A DNA stretch of 64,000 nt from sequence record PZ674595.1, one strand, 5' to 3'. The notes under the pieces are model-generated. The model was not told the DNA's origin. It saw nothing but the letters and a program-made list of their open reading frames with translations, and ran no database searches. This DNA is from a phage. This document shows positions 1 to 9,022 of the stretch, one piece after another. A program made the position numbers and the translations under genes. How positions within the stretch are numbered: the stretch's first letter is position 1; the number at the start of each line of letters is the position of its first letter.

Positions 1-18
1 ACCGAGGATTGTGTAAAG

Positions 19-1491
19 GTGGCTGCGACCATAGCTAAGATCCTCAAAGACACTGAAAGTGAAAGCAAAGGTAAGGAGTCAGCTCCGGGAAAAACTTCCG
101 ATCCTTCAGACGCTGACCAGACGGATGCCTCTGGAGAAAACAATGAAGACAACGAAGATCATGAGACACCCTCATCGTTAGATAATCACAAATCTATTAA
201 ATCAGAGTCACATAGTAAGCACAAACATGATAATAACGACAGTGATGATTCAGATAATCCTGAATCATCAGAAACAATATTCGATGATACAGAAAATGAT
301 AAAGCGGTATCAGATTCTGATGCTTCTGATAACGCGGCGTCAGAATCATTAACCGCTGACCACGAAAAAAGAAAAACGACAGAAGACGGCTCTTCAGACA
401 TTCCAACTCCGTCAAAAATGAGTCTGGAAGAGGCTTTAGAGGAGTTGGATAGCATGGAAGATGAAGTCGGAGGCATGACAGAAGATGCGCTATCCGAAAC
501 GATTAAAAGCGAGTTAACAGAAAGCTCGAAAAGCGAATACAGGCCATACAATCGCTCATACGACTTCATCGGCTCGATTGATCAGGCAGAAGCCCATATC
601 AAACGGCTTATTAAAACATTCTCCGATATTGATTTAGGTGGATATCCAATCAGCCGTTATCGCATCGTTCCTGAAGGCAACCAACTCTTCGACAAATATA
701 TTGAAAAGCACCTTTCGTCAGGTGTTTCGTCGACGCTGGCAAAAGACCTGGAACGTGCAATAGCAAGCAGAAACAGAGTTCAGTTTATACCTGGCCAGCG
801 TCGGGGGCGCATTCATGGTTCAAGTATCTACAGATTAACAATGAATGATGATCGCGTGTTTCGTAAAAAAGAAGAATCTAAAGCCGTTAACGCCTGTGTT
901 CAACAAGTGATTGATTTATCGGGTTCAATGAGTGGCGAAACGATAAAACTAGCTCTTGCAAGTGCATATACCATCGCCGATGCACTTGATCGAATAAATG
1001 TTCCCAACATTATCACCGGCTTCACTACATTTGGCAGTCATATGGCAGCAGGAGAACTTAAGGCTATCAAATATGAGTTCTCTCGCTTTGAATCTTTAAT
1101 GCTACCTATCATCAAAAATTGGGATGAAAAAGCAAATTCTCGCGAAGTTCGCTCACGTATGGGGTGCGTAGGCTACACATTCCCACTTCTTAATAACGTG
1201 GATGGTGAAAGCATAGCCAGCCTTGCATCGTTATTTTCCGGTCGCTTGGAGGACAGGAAGATCATGCTTGTTCTGAGCGATGGCGCGCCGTGGGCTGTTG
1301 GGAGAGGTTTTGACGCCCATTTGCGTTCGGTTACGAAGCAAATTGAAACGCAGACTGACATTGATTTGATGGCAATTGGCATCATGACTGATGCACCGGA
1401 GAGATTTTACGCAAATCATGCCCTGGTAACTAGTGTTGATAGTCTTGGTTCATCTGTAGTTACTGAACTATCTCGTATCATTTTGAAGTAA
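19..1491 (+). CDS. VWA-domain protein, CobT-like partner of a MoxR-type ATPase; 5' end uncertain and possibly outside the window
   Basis: 490-aa ORF; C-terminal von Willebrand A domain with MIDAS-type motif DLSGSMSG and LVLSDGAPW; N-terminal ~170 aa extremely acidic and Ser/Asp/Glu-rich; GTG at 19 with no in-frame stop upstream in the window. Confidence 0.7.
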   Translation: MAATIAKILKDTESESKGKESAPGKTSDPSDADQTDASGENNEDNEDHETPSSLDNHKSIKSESHSKHKHDNNDSDDSDNPESSETIFDDTENDKAVSDSDASDNAASESLTADHEKRKTTEDGSSDIPTPSKMSLEEALEELDSMEDEVGGMTEDALSETIKSELTESSKSEYRPYNRSYDFIGSIDQAEAHIKRLIKTFSDIDLGGYPISRYRIVPEGNQLFDKYIEKHLSSGVSSTLAKDLERAIASRNRVQFIPGQRRGRIHGSSIYRLTMNDDRVFRKKEESKAVNACVQQVIDLSGSMSGETIKLALASAYTIADALDRINVPNIITGFTTFGSHMAAGELKAIKYEFSRFESLMLPIIKNWDEKANSREVRSRMGCVGYTFPLLNNVDGESIASLASLFSGRLEDRKIMLVLSDGAPWAVGRGFDAHLRSVTKQIETQTDIDLMAIGIMTDAPERFYANHALVTSVDSLGSSVVTELSRIILK

Positions 1492-1586
1492 TTAAAACAG
1501 CCTTAATGATAAGTAACTACTTACCATAGTTAATGGTATATTTATATAAGAACTTGAACGCTCATTAGAGAACAAAGGAAAAGCGC

Positions 1587-2822
1587 ATGACTACTACTGC
1601 ACTGCAAAATGATAAAAATCCTTCTGATTACCTTGTTTGCAAGTGGTGCGGCAAATCATTTCACTATTTTAAGTCCCATGTAGCCAATGGTAATTGCGAG
1701 GGCATTCCTGAGTCAGTAAAAGATGCCGATCCTGACACCGTACTGAAAATGTACACAACGCAGTTTCCAGATGAACCAACGCTATCGAAAAAGGCACTTG
1801 ATGCAATTCAAGCTAAACGTGCCGAGCAAAAAAGCGAAATGGCGAAATCTTCTGGCTTGACCAGTAGCCCAGGCTACACAGGCACAGTTGAGTACAAGAC
1901 AGATCTGGTCGCAGCTCACGAACTGCTAAACGTAACGGTGGAAGAACTCGGAACAAAACGTGGGACGCCGCTCATGGTTAGCGTCAACGTCAATACGCCG
2001 TATCCAGAGTTCGTTCCAGAAGTGAAGAAGGGCTACGTATATGGCGACTTCGAACTGATCAAAGATATTTTCATGATGCTTGAACTTGGCATACCTGGCT
2101 ATTTGTGGGGTCATGCAGGAACAGGCAAATCGTCATTGCCTACACAGCTATGTGCTTTGCTCAATCGTCCGTTGATCCGTGCCCAACATACAGCATCAAT
2201 GGAAGAGGCACATGTTACGGGGCAAATTCTGGCGCGTGATGGCTCTACGTATTTCGAGCCTGGCTTGCTTGCGCTCGCAATGAAGCATGGCTGGGTTTAC
2301 CTCGCGGATGAATACGACTTTGCGTTTCCACAAATTCTTGGCGTGTATCAGCCAGTGCTGGAAGGTGAGGCGTTGGTCATCAAAGAGGCAACTCCAGAAT
2401 GGCGTCGCATTACTCCGCATGAACGGTTTGCTTTCATTGGCACTGGCAACACAAACGGTTCTGGTGATGAAACCGGCTTGTACCAGGGTACAAACATCCA
2501 GAACGCCGCGAACTTTTCACGTTTTGGCATCGTTTCGAATGTGAAATACATGAGCAAAGAGGCAGAGATCAACATGTTGATAAATGCCGGCATCGTGGAT
2601 GAATACGCTGAAAAGATGGTTAAGTTTGCCGGTATCGTTCGCGATGGATATGAAGAACACCTTATCAGCCAGCCAATTGGGCCTCGTGAGCTTTTGTTGT
2701 CGGCCAAGATTGGAATGATGCGAGGCGACTTTGTGACAGGTATTGAGCGTTCTTTCATTAACAAACTCCCTTCAGCTTCTGCGCAAGCGGCTCGTGAAGT
2801 TGTTCAAAAAATATTTGGTTAA
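1587..2822 (+). CDS. AAA+ ATPase of MoxR/CobS-like family
   Basis: Walker A GHAGTGKSS, Walker B-like VYLADEYD, N-terminal Cys/His cluster CKWCGKSFHYFKSH; RBS AAAGGAAAAG before ATG; immediately follows the VWA partner. Confidence 0.8.
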   Translation: MTTTALQNDKNPSDYLVCKWCGKSFHYFKSHVANGNCEGIPESVKDADPDTVLKMYTTQFPDEPTLSKKALDAIQAKRAEQKSEMAKSSGLTSSPGYTGTVEYKTDLVAAHELLNVTVEELGTKRGTPLMVSVNVNTPYPEFVPEVKKGYVYGDFELIKDIFMMLELGIPGYLWGHAGTGKSSLPTQLCALLNRPLIRAQHTASMEEAHVTGQILARDGSTYFEPGLLALAMKHGWVYLADEYDFAFPQILGVYQPVLEGEALVIKEATPEWRRITPHERFAFIGTGNTNGSGDETGLYQGTNIQNAANFSRFGIVSNVKYMSKEAEINMLINAGIVDEYAEKMVKFAGIVRDGYEEHLISQPIGPRELLLSAKIGMMRGDFVTGIERSFINKLPSASAQAAREVVQKIFG

Positions 2823-2824
2823 TC

Positions 2825-3028
2825 GTGCGTAAAGGATGTTTCGGCTCTCTTATCGCTGCTTCTGAAACTGGCAAGGCTTGTCTGGGGTGTCCAGACAAGC
2901 CCGATTGTCACCAATCAGCAAAAGAAGTTGCGATTTCGATGTATGGGAAGTTCGTAGGCTTCCCCAATGACAAAATCAAAAAAACCAGAAAGGTAAAAAC
3001 ACATGAAGGCACTGATGGTTCGAACTGA
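2825..3028 (+). CDS. small Cys-rich hypothetical protein (GTG start, overlaps dnaE-like start)
   Basis: 67-aa ORF with CLGCPDKPDC motif; no clear RBS; overlaps next gene out of frame. Confidence 0.25.
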   Translation: MRKGCFGSLIAASETGKACLGCPDKPDCHQSAKEVAISMYGKFVGFPNDKIKKTRKVKTHEGTDGSN

Positions 3029-6000
3029 CTTCTCACTTGGGGAGTCGGCTCTAAAAGCAGAAAACGCGGTGAAGATTGCCAGAGAAGCTGGCTACACCGC
3101 TGTAATTTCAGCAGATAGCATGAATATTGCAAGTGTTATTCCACTACAACGTGCCGCTGGTGACGACATGGCGGTTATTTGTGGTGTGAAACTAAACATT
3201 GTTGATGATCCCACATACGAGCACCGGGCTAAACTTGCTAAAGAATCTATGAGATGTATGGAATCATTAGAGCGGGGACGTAACTACTCGTTTACCGCTC
3301 TAATTAAAAATGAGCAAGGATATCGCGACATCTGCGAACTAATGACGGCGGCCAACACACGAGAACAGTTCTACTTTGTACCGCGTCTCTCGCTCGAACA
3401 GTTGGTTTCTACATATGCCAAAGGCAACATCATCCTGCTTACTTCCGACATCGGTAGCGTGTTCCAACGCAACGATTTTGCAAAAATCATAAGCACACTG
3501 ATTACAGCGGGTGGAAAAGACAACTTCTATAGTGTGGTTTATCCGCACCCTACCCCATTCTACGACCAGATTAACGTCCGGGCGATGAAAGTCGCCAGCG
3601 CATTGAAAATAGAGCCAGTGGCGTTCTATCCCGCTTATTACGAATCGATCGACGATGCAGACATTAAAGACATTGCGCACATGGTTACGAACAACATCAA
3701 AATCGACCAGCCGCATCGTCTGCGTATCCCCCACCAGCGAGATAACGCCGTCAATGGTCGCCGCCATCTCCTTGAGGCGCTTAAAGCCTTCTCCGTTCGC
3801 ATGGATGTGCCGGTAACAGCTGCAATGGCCTCAACAACGCAGGATACCATTATCGATGCCTGCACATGGCGCTGGCATGAATTGCCGCCAGCACTGCCAA
3901 AGATGGCAGACGACGAGCCTGCAACGCTTATGAAACTGGCTGTTGCAGGGCTGCGTAAACGTCTTACCACAAAAGAGTTTGGCTACACACCACCTGCTTC
4001 TGAGAACAGGGTTTATGTTGAGCGGCTAAAGTACGAAATGGACACGCTGACTCGCCTGGGATTCTGTGGTTACTTCCTGATGGTGCGCGATCTGATGAAT
4101 CATAGTCGTGAAACTGGCATTCCCGTTGGGCCTGGTCGTGGTTCCTCTGCCGGTTCTCTGGTGGCGTGGTGCATAGGCATAACCAACGTCGACCCAATCC
4201 GTCACGGTCTTCTGTTTGAGCGTTTCATCAACCCTGAGCGTCTCGACTTGCCAGATGCGGATTTGGACTTCAGCCAGGCACGTCGCCATGAGGTGATCGA
4301 GTATCTGAATGAACGCTACGGCGAAGATTACGTTGCAGGCATTCCGAACTTCACCTACCTGGGCGCAGCCTCTGCACTACGTGACACCGCTCGTATTTAT
4401 GGTGTGGAGTCCGCAGATATGGCGGTATCAAAAGAACTGAAGAACGCTGAGGATGATAGCCTTCCATTGGAAGAACTGCGCGAACAACTGGCAAGTCTCG
4501 ACAAATACGCAACAAAATATCCTGATGCATTCAATGCAGCCTGCAAGTTACAAAGCCTTATGCGTGGCTTTGGTAGACATGCGGCAGGGATGATCGTAGC
4601 AGGTGTTCCTCTGACAGAACGTACACCGGTTGAGCGCCGTGGTGACGCGCGTTGTATCGCATTTGACAAGCGTTACTGCGAGGCTATGGGCCTAATTAAG
4701 CTGGACGTGCTTGGCCTGGCAACTCTCGATTTGCTCGATAGTGCAAAACGCTACATAAAAGAGAACACAGGTGAAGATATCAATCTTGATGCCATTTCTC
4801 TTGAAGATCGCAAGGTGCTGGATGGTTTTGCTGCTGGGTACACTCAAGGTGTTTTCCAGCTTGAATCAGGCCCAATGCGCAAGCTGCTTAAAGATTTAGG
4901 TGGTGGAATTGAGCCAATGAGCTTTAAAACGGTCGTCGCTACAACTGCGCTCTTCCGGCCGGGGCCAATTCAATCAGGCATGTTGGATGACTATGTTTCT
5001 GTCGCCAAAGGCTTTATGACGCCGGAATCATTACACCCCGTTCTTGATGAACTTACCGCGGAAACAAATGGCGTGATTCTCTATCAGGAACAGACGATGA
5101 ACGCGACTCGATTGCTTGCCGGCTTCACAATGGCTGAAGCTGACGCTGTGCGTTCCGCAATCGGTAAGAAGAACATGGAAAAAATGAAGAGCATGGGCGA
5201 GAAGTTCATCGTTCAGGCTCAAGCTGGCTGGATAGACGTTGAGCTGGAAGATGGCACTACACAGCGCATTCACCGTGCGGAACATTTTAAATGCGAAGAC
5301 GGAACTCTGAAAACTGTCGAAGAGGCACTTGAGCACGGCGCAAAACTACCTATAAACGCAGTACGCGTTACAGCGTCACATCCAGGGCTATCAGAGATGA
5401 AAGCGAAGGAGATCTGGACCGCATTTGAGAAAAACGGAGCCTATCAGTTCAATAAATCACACTCCGTTGCTTATTCTTTAATCAGTTATCAGTCTATGTG
5501 GCTAAAGACGCACTACCCTGCTGAGTTCTTCGCAGCTGCGCTCACCATTCTGGGCGAGGATAAGCATCAGGGGCTGGTGAAGGATGCGCTGACCTATGGC
5601 ATTCGCGTATTGCCACCAGACGTTAATGTGTCATCTAACCGAATTGAGATCCGCACACTCGAAGACGGCAGTCAGGCACTGTATGCGCCATTCTCTGCTG
5701 TGAAAGGCTGTTCTGAAAATGGTTGTCAGGCAATTATGCGTGCGCGTGAGAAAGTTGGTGGCAAATTCGAGTCAGTGGCACAATTCGATGAAGCGGTCGA
5801 GAAGCGTGCATGTAACAGTCGTGTACGCGAGTCGCTTCATAAAGTAGGGGCTTTTGCGTCAATTGAGCCAGGCAGTCTGCCAGCAACTGATCCTGAACGA
5901 CTGCGCGACCAGGCTGAGCTGATGGGCAATCTCATCATTGACGCTGTTAAAGCATCACGTCCGTTCGAAATGAATCCTAAGCGTTCTGCCGAAATCAACG

Positions 6001-6521
6001 TACTCATGACACGTATGGCGGCTGAAATGGGCTTGGGTGAGGAGTTGATACGCCCGACTATTGGTATTAAACCCAAAATCATGATCATTCTGGACAATGC
6101 GAACGGCAATGACGCTCGTACCGGCTACTTCATGGAGAACGGATACGACGACTTTAAGGCAAAACTACTGACAGTTGGAGATCTGCGCATGGGCGATCTT
6201 TATGTCACGGGTGTTTGTAAGAAGGTTAAGGACAAAGAGAAAGACTATACCAAAGACGAGATAGGCCAGTTCACAGACTTTATGCGGGAAGAAATTAATC
6301 TTGTACGACCAACCTACATTTTGACGTGTGGTAGTCGTTCAACCGCACTATTTAACAATAAGAGTAAACCATCAGATCTGATTGGTCGTAAGGAGTACTT
6401 CCCAGAGCTTGATGCAACCGTCTTCTACGGATTTAACCCGAATATCCTGTACTTCCGACCGGAAGAAGGAGAGCGACTGGAGGCCATTCTGGCTGATATC
6501 GCGGAGACAATAAATAAGTAA
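3003..6521 (+). CDS. dnaE: DNA polymerase III alpha subunit homologue (DnaE-like)
   Basis: 1172-aa ORF; DnaE-type motifs GVFQLESGPMRKLL and FNKSHSVAYSLISYQSMWLKTHYPAEFFAAAL; N-terminal PHP-like region; RBS AAAGGTAAAAACAC before ATG. Confidence 0.9.
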   Translation: MKALMVRTDFSLGESALKAENAVKIAREAGYTAVISADSMNIASVIPLQRAAGDDMAVICGVKLNIVDDPTYEHRAKLAKESMRCMESLERGRNYSFTALIKNEQGYRDICELMTAANTREQFYFVPRLSLEQLVSTYAKGNIILLTSDIGSVFQRNDFAKIISTLITAGGKDNFYSVVYPHPTPFYDQINVRAMKVASALKIEPVAFYPAYYESIDDADIKDIAHMVTNNIKIDQPHRLRIPHQRDNAVNGRRHLLEALKAFSVRMDVPVTAAMASTTQDTIIDACTWRWHELPPALPKMADDEPATLMKLAVAGLRKRLTTKEFGYTPPASENRVYVERLKYEMDTLTRLGFCGYFLMVRDLMNHSRETGIPVGPGRGSSAGSLVAWCIGITNVDPIRHGLLFERFINPERLDLPDADLDFSQARRHEVIEYLNERYGEDYVAGIPNFTYLGAASALRDTARIYGVESADMAVSKELKNAEDDSLPLEELREQLASLDKYATKYPDAFNAACKLQSLMRGFGRHAAGMIVAGVPLTERTPVERRGDARCIAFDKRYCEAMGLIKLDVLGLATLDLLDSAKRYIKENTGEDINLDAISLEDRKVLDGFAAGYTQGVFQLESGPMRKLLKDLGGGIEPMSFKTVVATTALFRPGPIQSGMLDDYVSVAKGFMTPESLHPVLDELTAETNGVILYQEQTMNATRLLAGFTMAEADAVRSAIGKKNMEKMKSMGEKFIVQAQAGWIDVELEDGTTQRIHRAEHFKCEDGTLKTVEEALEHGAKLPINAVRVTASHPGLSEMKAKEIWTAFEKNGAYQFNKSHSVAYSLISYQSMWLKTHYPAEFFAAALTILGEDKHQGLVKDALTYGIRVLPPDVNVSSNRIEIRTLEDGSQALYAPFSAVKGCSENGCQAIMRAREKVGGKFESVAQFDEAVEKRACNSRVRESLHKVGAFASIEPGSLPATDPERLRDQAELMGNLIIDAVKASRPFEMNPKRSAEINVLMTRMAAEMGLGEELIRPTIGIKPKIMIILDNANGNDARTGYFMENGYDDFKAKLLTVGDLRMGDLYVTGVCKKVKDKEKDYTKDEIGQFTDFMREEINLVRPTYILTCGSRSTALFNNKSKPSDLIGRKEYFPELDATVFYGFNPNILYFRPEEGERLEAILADIAETINK

Positions 6522-6525
6522 TAAA

Positions 6526-6551
6526 GAAAACCCGCCTGTTGGCGGGTTTAT
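6526..6551. terminator. Rho-independent terminator hairpin, usable on both strands (after dnaE-like; downstream of csp on minus)
   Basis: AAAACCCGCC-TGTT-GGCGGGTTTAT; A-run before and T-run after the stem. Confidence 0.6.
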
Positions 6552-6824
6552 AAAGAATTATGGCGCTTGTTGAGGAAGTCACTCCTCTTACGCACTTTGT
6601 TTTGCCATGCCGGCAGTTAGCTTCTGCCTTTGACTATTCATGCGGCAACCCCGCATTTCGCCACAATGGGCAATTCACTTTTATGGAATAAACTGGCCGT
6701 TGTGTCGATTTAATTAGCATGGCCTTACCATGCTAATTTATTCAACTTGTACAATCCTACAAATCTATCCACTCAGGCTTACACCGTCTTCGTTATTGTA
6801 GAAATGAGGATCATCAGCGTTGAA

Positions 6825-7040
6825 TCAGCTTAGAGCAACGACATTTGCTGCTGCTGGGCCTTTAGCCCCATTCTCGATAGAGAATTCGACCTGCTGGCCT
6901 TCTTCCAAAGTGCGGAAATTATTACTCTGAATTGCCGAAAAATGTACAAAAACATCTTTACTGCCATCAGCAGGAGAAATAAAGCCAAAGCCTTTATCAG
7001 AGTTAAACCATTTTACTAAACCAGTCATTTTATTAGACAT
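6825..7040 (-). CDS. Cold-shock protein, CspA family (closest in my recollection to CspB/G/I)
   Basis: Translation [38 protein letters not shown]... with RNP motifs KGFGFI and VFVHF; ATG at 7040 is internal Met33 of the 103-aa track ORF, preceded by GAAGGT. Confidence 0.9.
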   Translation of the reverse strand: MSNKMTGLVKWFNSDKGFGFISPADGSKDVFVHFSAIQSNNFRTLEEGQQVEFSIENGAKGPAAANVVALS

Positions 7041-7369
7041 AGATATTACCTTCTTAATTTTGTGAGCCACATAGTGCGGCGAGAATTTGATCTGTATAGA
7101 TTGGGACTTACTTAGGCACTTAAGGAGGAGACTCACGAAGAAGGGAAATCAGAAGATAACACTGAACTGAGACTGCTTTACTAAAACTGCTTACATAAGG
7201 TCTGTCTTGCAAACCAACGATGCTATTAACGCATACCCCTTCTTTTCATGCAACCTTTATTTTTCAAAGATAACTAATTTTTGTCACCATTGGTTTAGTA
7301 AACGTTAACGAACCAGACGATGCCAGACACCTTTACAGAGAACAGATGCCCGCCAATTGGCGGGCATCA

Positions 7370-7933
7370 TTATGCGCATTTCGCAATATCTTTGCGGCGT
7401 TTAATCAGTTTCTCCGCAATTTGCTCTATTTCGTTGAAATCTTTCGAGACGCTGTTTCGAAGCGCCAGATTCCATTTACTCAAAGTTCGGGCATTTTGGA
7501 CAATTTGATCGCCCTCTTTAAGTCGTCCGTTATTCATGAGCCATTCAGCCACATCAGCCCAATCCCAGAGAGGAGACTGGCCTTTTATGCGTTGTACAGG
7601 GCAAGGGAAGTCGCCGCTTCCGCGCTTACCGTCTTTGAGCAACGCCACTGCCTGGCGAGACAGGTCTGTCAGTTCCGCGATATCGCTTAAGCCCACAAGA
7701 GCCGAGTCGACGGATTCAACAATTGCACCGATACCGGCTGATTCAATATTGTCGACCGCAGATGCGATAGCTGCATCAAGTGATTGTGCTTCGCGGTCAA
7801 ATTCTACATAGACGGAGTTTCCATATGCGCAAATTAGCGCATCGTCACAGCCGTTTTGGTACAGCGCGTCTTCCAGTCCTTCCGTCTCATACGATACGCC
7901 TGAGAGCGTCAGAGTGAAGTTATAAAGCGCCAT
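7370..7933 (-). CDS. DNA-binding protein with C-terminal AlpA/excisionase-like HTH; possible antitoxin partner of upstream small gene
   Basis: Track ORF begins with TTG at 7969; first ATG (Met13) at 7933 has RBS AAAGGAAAA; C-terminal LTDLSRQAVALLKDGKRGSGDFPCPVQRIKGQSPLWDWADVAEWL resembles AlpA-type HTH. Confidence 0.5.
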   Translation of the reverse strand: MALYNFTLTLSGVSYETEGLEDALYQNGCDDALICAYGNSVYVEFDREAQSLDAAIASAVDNIESAGIGAIVESVDSALVGLSDIAELTDLSRQAVALLKDGKRGSGDFPCPVQRIKGQSPLWDWADVAEWLMNNGRLKEGDQIVQNARTLSKWNLALRNSVSKDFNEIEQIAEKLIKRRKDIAKCA

Positions 7934-7993
7934 AGTTTTCCTTTGAAGATAGTTGGACAGTTTCTGCAAAAGGCGGCTAATGCCGCCTTGAAA

Positions 7994-8218
7994 TCATTTA
8001 CAACGATCAACCATTCGTTTGATCTGTTTGGCATGGTTTTCGGGATTACCCGGAGTCGACCATACGCTCATTTGGTGAGTTTTGTGTTCACCTTCTGGAT
8101 TACCGCATCGCAGTCTGCAAAAACAATGTGCAGCACCACCAGCTGCTACCCAGATCCAGCCTTTACTTAATGCATAGTCAATGGCTGCTTGAATATGCTT
8201 ATTCGGATGTTGCTTCAT
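7994..8218 (-). CDS. small Cys/His-rich protein, weakly HicA-like; first gene of a two-gene minus-strand module
   Basis: 74-aa ORF, strong RBS GGAGG 5 nt before ATG at 8218; followed by hairpin GGCGGC-ATTA-GCCGCC then the HTH gene. Confidence 0.5.
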   Translation of the reverse strand: MKQHPNKHIQAAIDYALSKGWIWVAAGGAAHCFCRLRCGNPEGEHKTHQMSVWSTPGNPENHAKQIKRMVDRCK

Positions 8219-8228
8219 TCGCCTCCGA

Positions 8229-8264
8229 TAATAGTATTCTATTCACAGTGTTGACATCTGTCAA
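8229..8264 (-). promoter_or_regulatory. sigma70-like promoter with -35 inside a perfect palindrome (TTGACAGATGTCAA), 17-bp spacer, -10 TAGAAT
   Basis: Minus-strand reading TTGACA-N17-TAGAAT about 10 nt upstream of the GGAGG RBS of gene 7994-8218. Confidence 0.55.
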
Positions 8265-8473
8265 CGGCGACTGAATTTCATCCGTTCATGCCACACCCCC
8301 ATCCATCTCATGTATGTGACCTAAAGATGGTCAGCACAGCTTACCAAAATAAGACAACTAATTATCTTCGGTGATCTCAATATTTTTCCCCTGAACAAAG
8401 TTGACATGACGCCATAAACCCGTTCTCTGTTTGATATAATTGATACAGATTTTATAAGTAGGAACCTATTAGA

Positions 8474-8905
8474 GTGAACACTGATATTTTTTCTAAAATC
8501 ATGGCCGATCTGGAGTTCGACCGCGACAACCTTGAGGAAGTATGGCGTAAACAGCCACGGCTTTTAATGGAGTATGGGTCAAAACTAGCGCAGGCAGATC
8601 GAGATGTCGCAGAGGCAAAACTTAACCTTGAAGCTGTTGAAGCAAAGCTATACGACACAGAGCGTAAGAACTTGAGTATGAACGGCATTAAGTTCAACGA
8701 GTCTGTACTGGACGCTAAGGTTAAAACAAACCCACAGTATCTGTCTAAACGGCAGAAGTTGGATGAAGCACGGCACATCGCAGACATATACAAACATGCT
8801 GTCGCCGCCTTTTCGCATCGCCGAGACATGATCGTTCAGGCGTCAAAGATGGCCATCGTAGAATTAGAGCGATTAGGCTCTGAACGCTTTATTACTCCCC
8901 GTTGA
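8474..8905 (+). CDS. hypothetical protein (predicted coiled coil)
   Basis: 143-aa ORF with GTG start; extended -10 TGATATAAT at 8432-8440 upstream. Confidence 0.4.
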   Translation: MNTDIFSKIMADLEFDRDNLEEVWRKQPRLLMEYGSKLAQADRDVAEAKLNLEAVEAKLYDTERKNLSMNGIKFNESVLDAKVKTNPQYLSKRQKLDEARHIADIYKHAVAAFSHRRDMIVQASKMAIVELERLGSERFITPR

Positions 8906-9022
8906 TTTTTGATAGATAATAAGTAAGTACTGATCTATCATTTAACAGCTCGAAAGAGCCACGAATGAACGAAAGCCCAACGCGCATAGCGCCATCGGCC
9001 AAATCACAACAAGGAGAAACAC

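Noticed and set aside
186-569. Minus-strand ORFs 186-569 and 197-415
   Set aside because: Nested antisense within the acidic low-complexity part of the VWA gene; no RBS; composition artefacts
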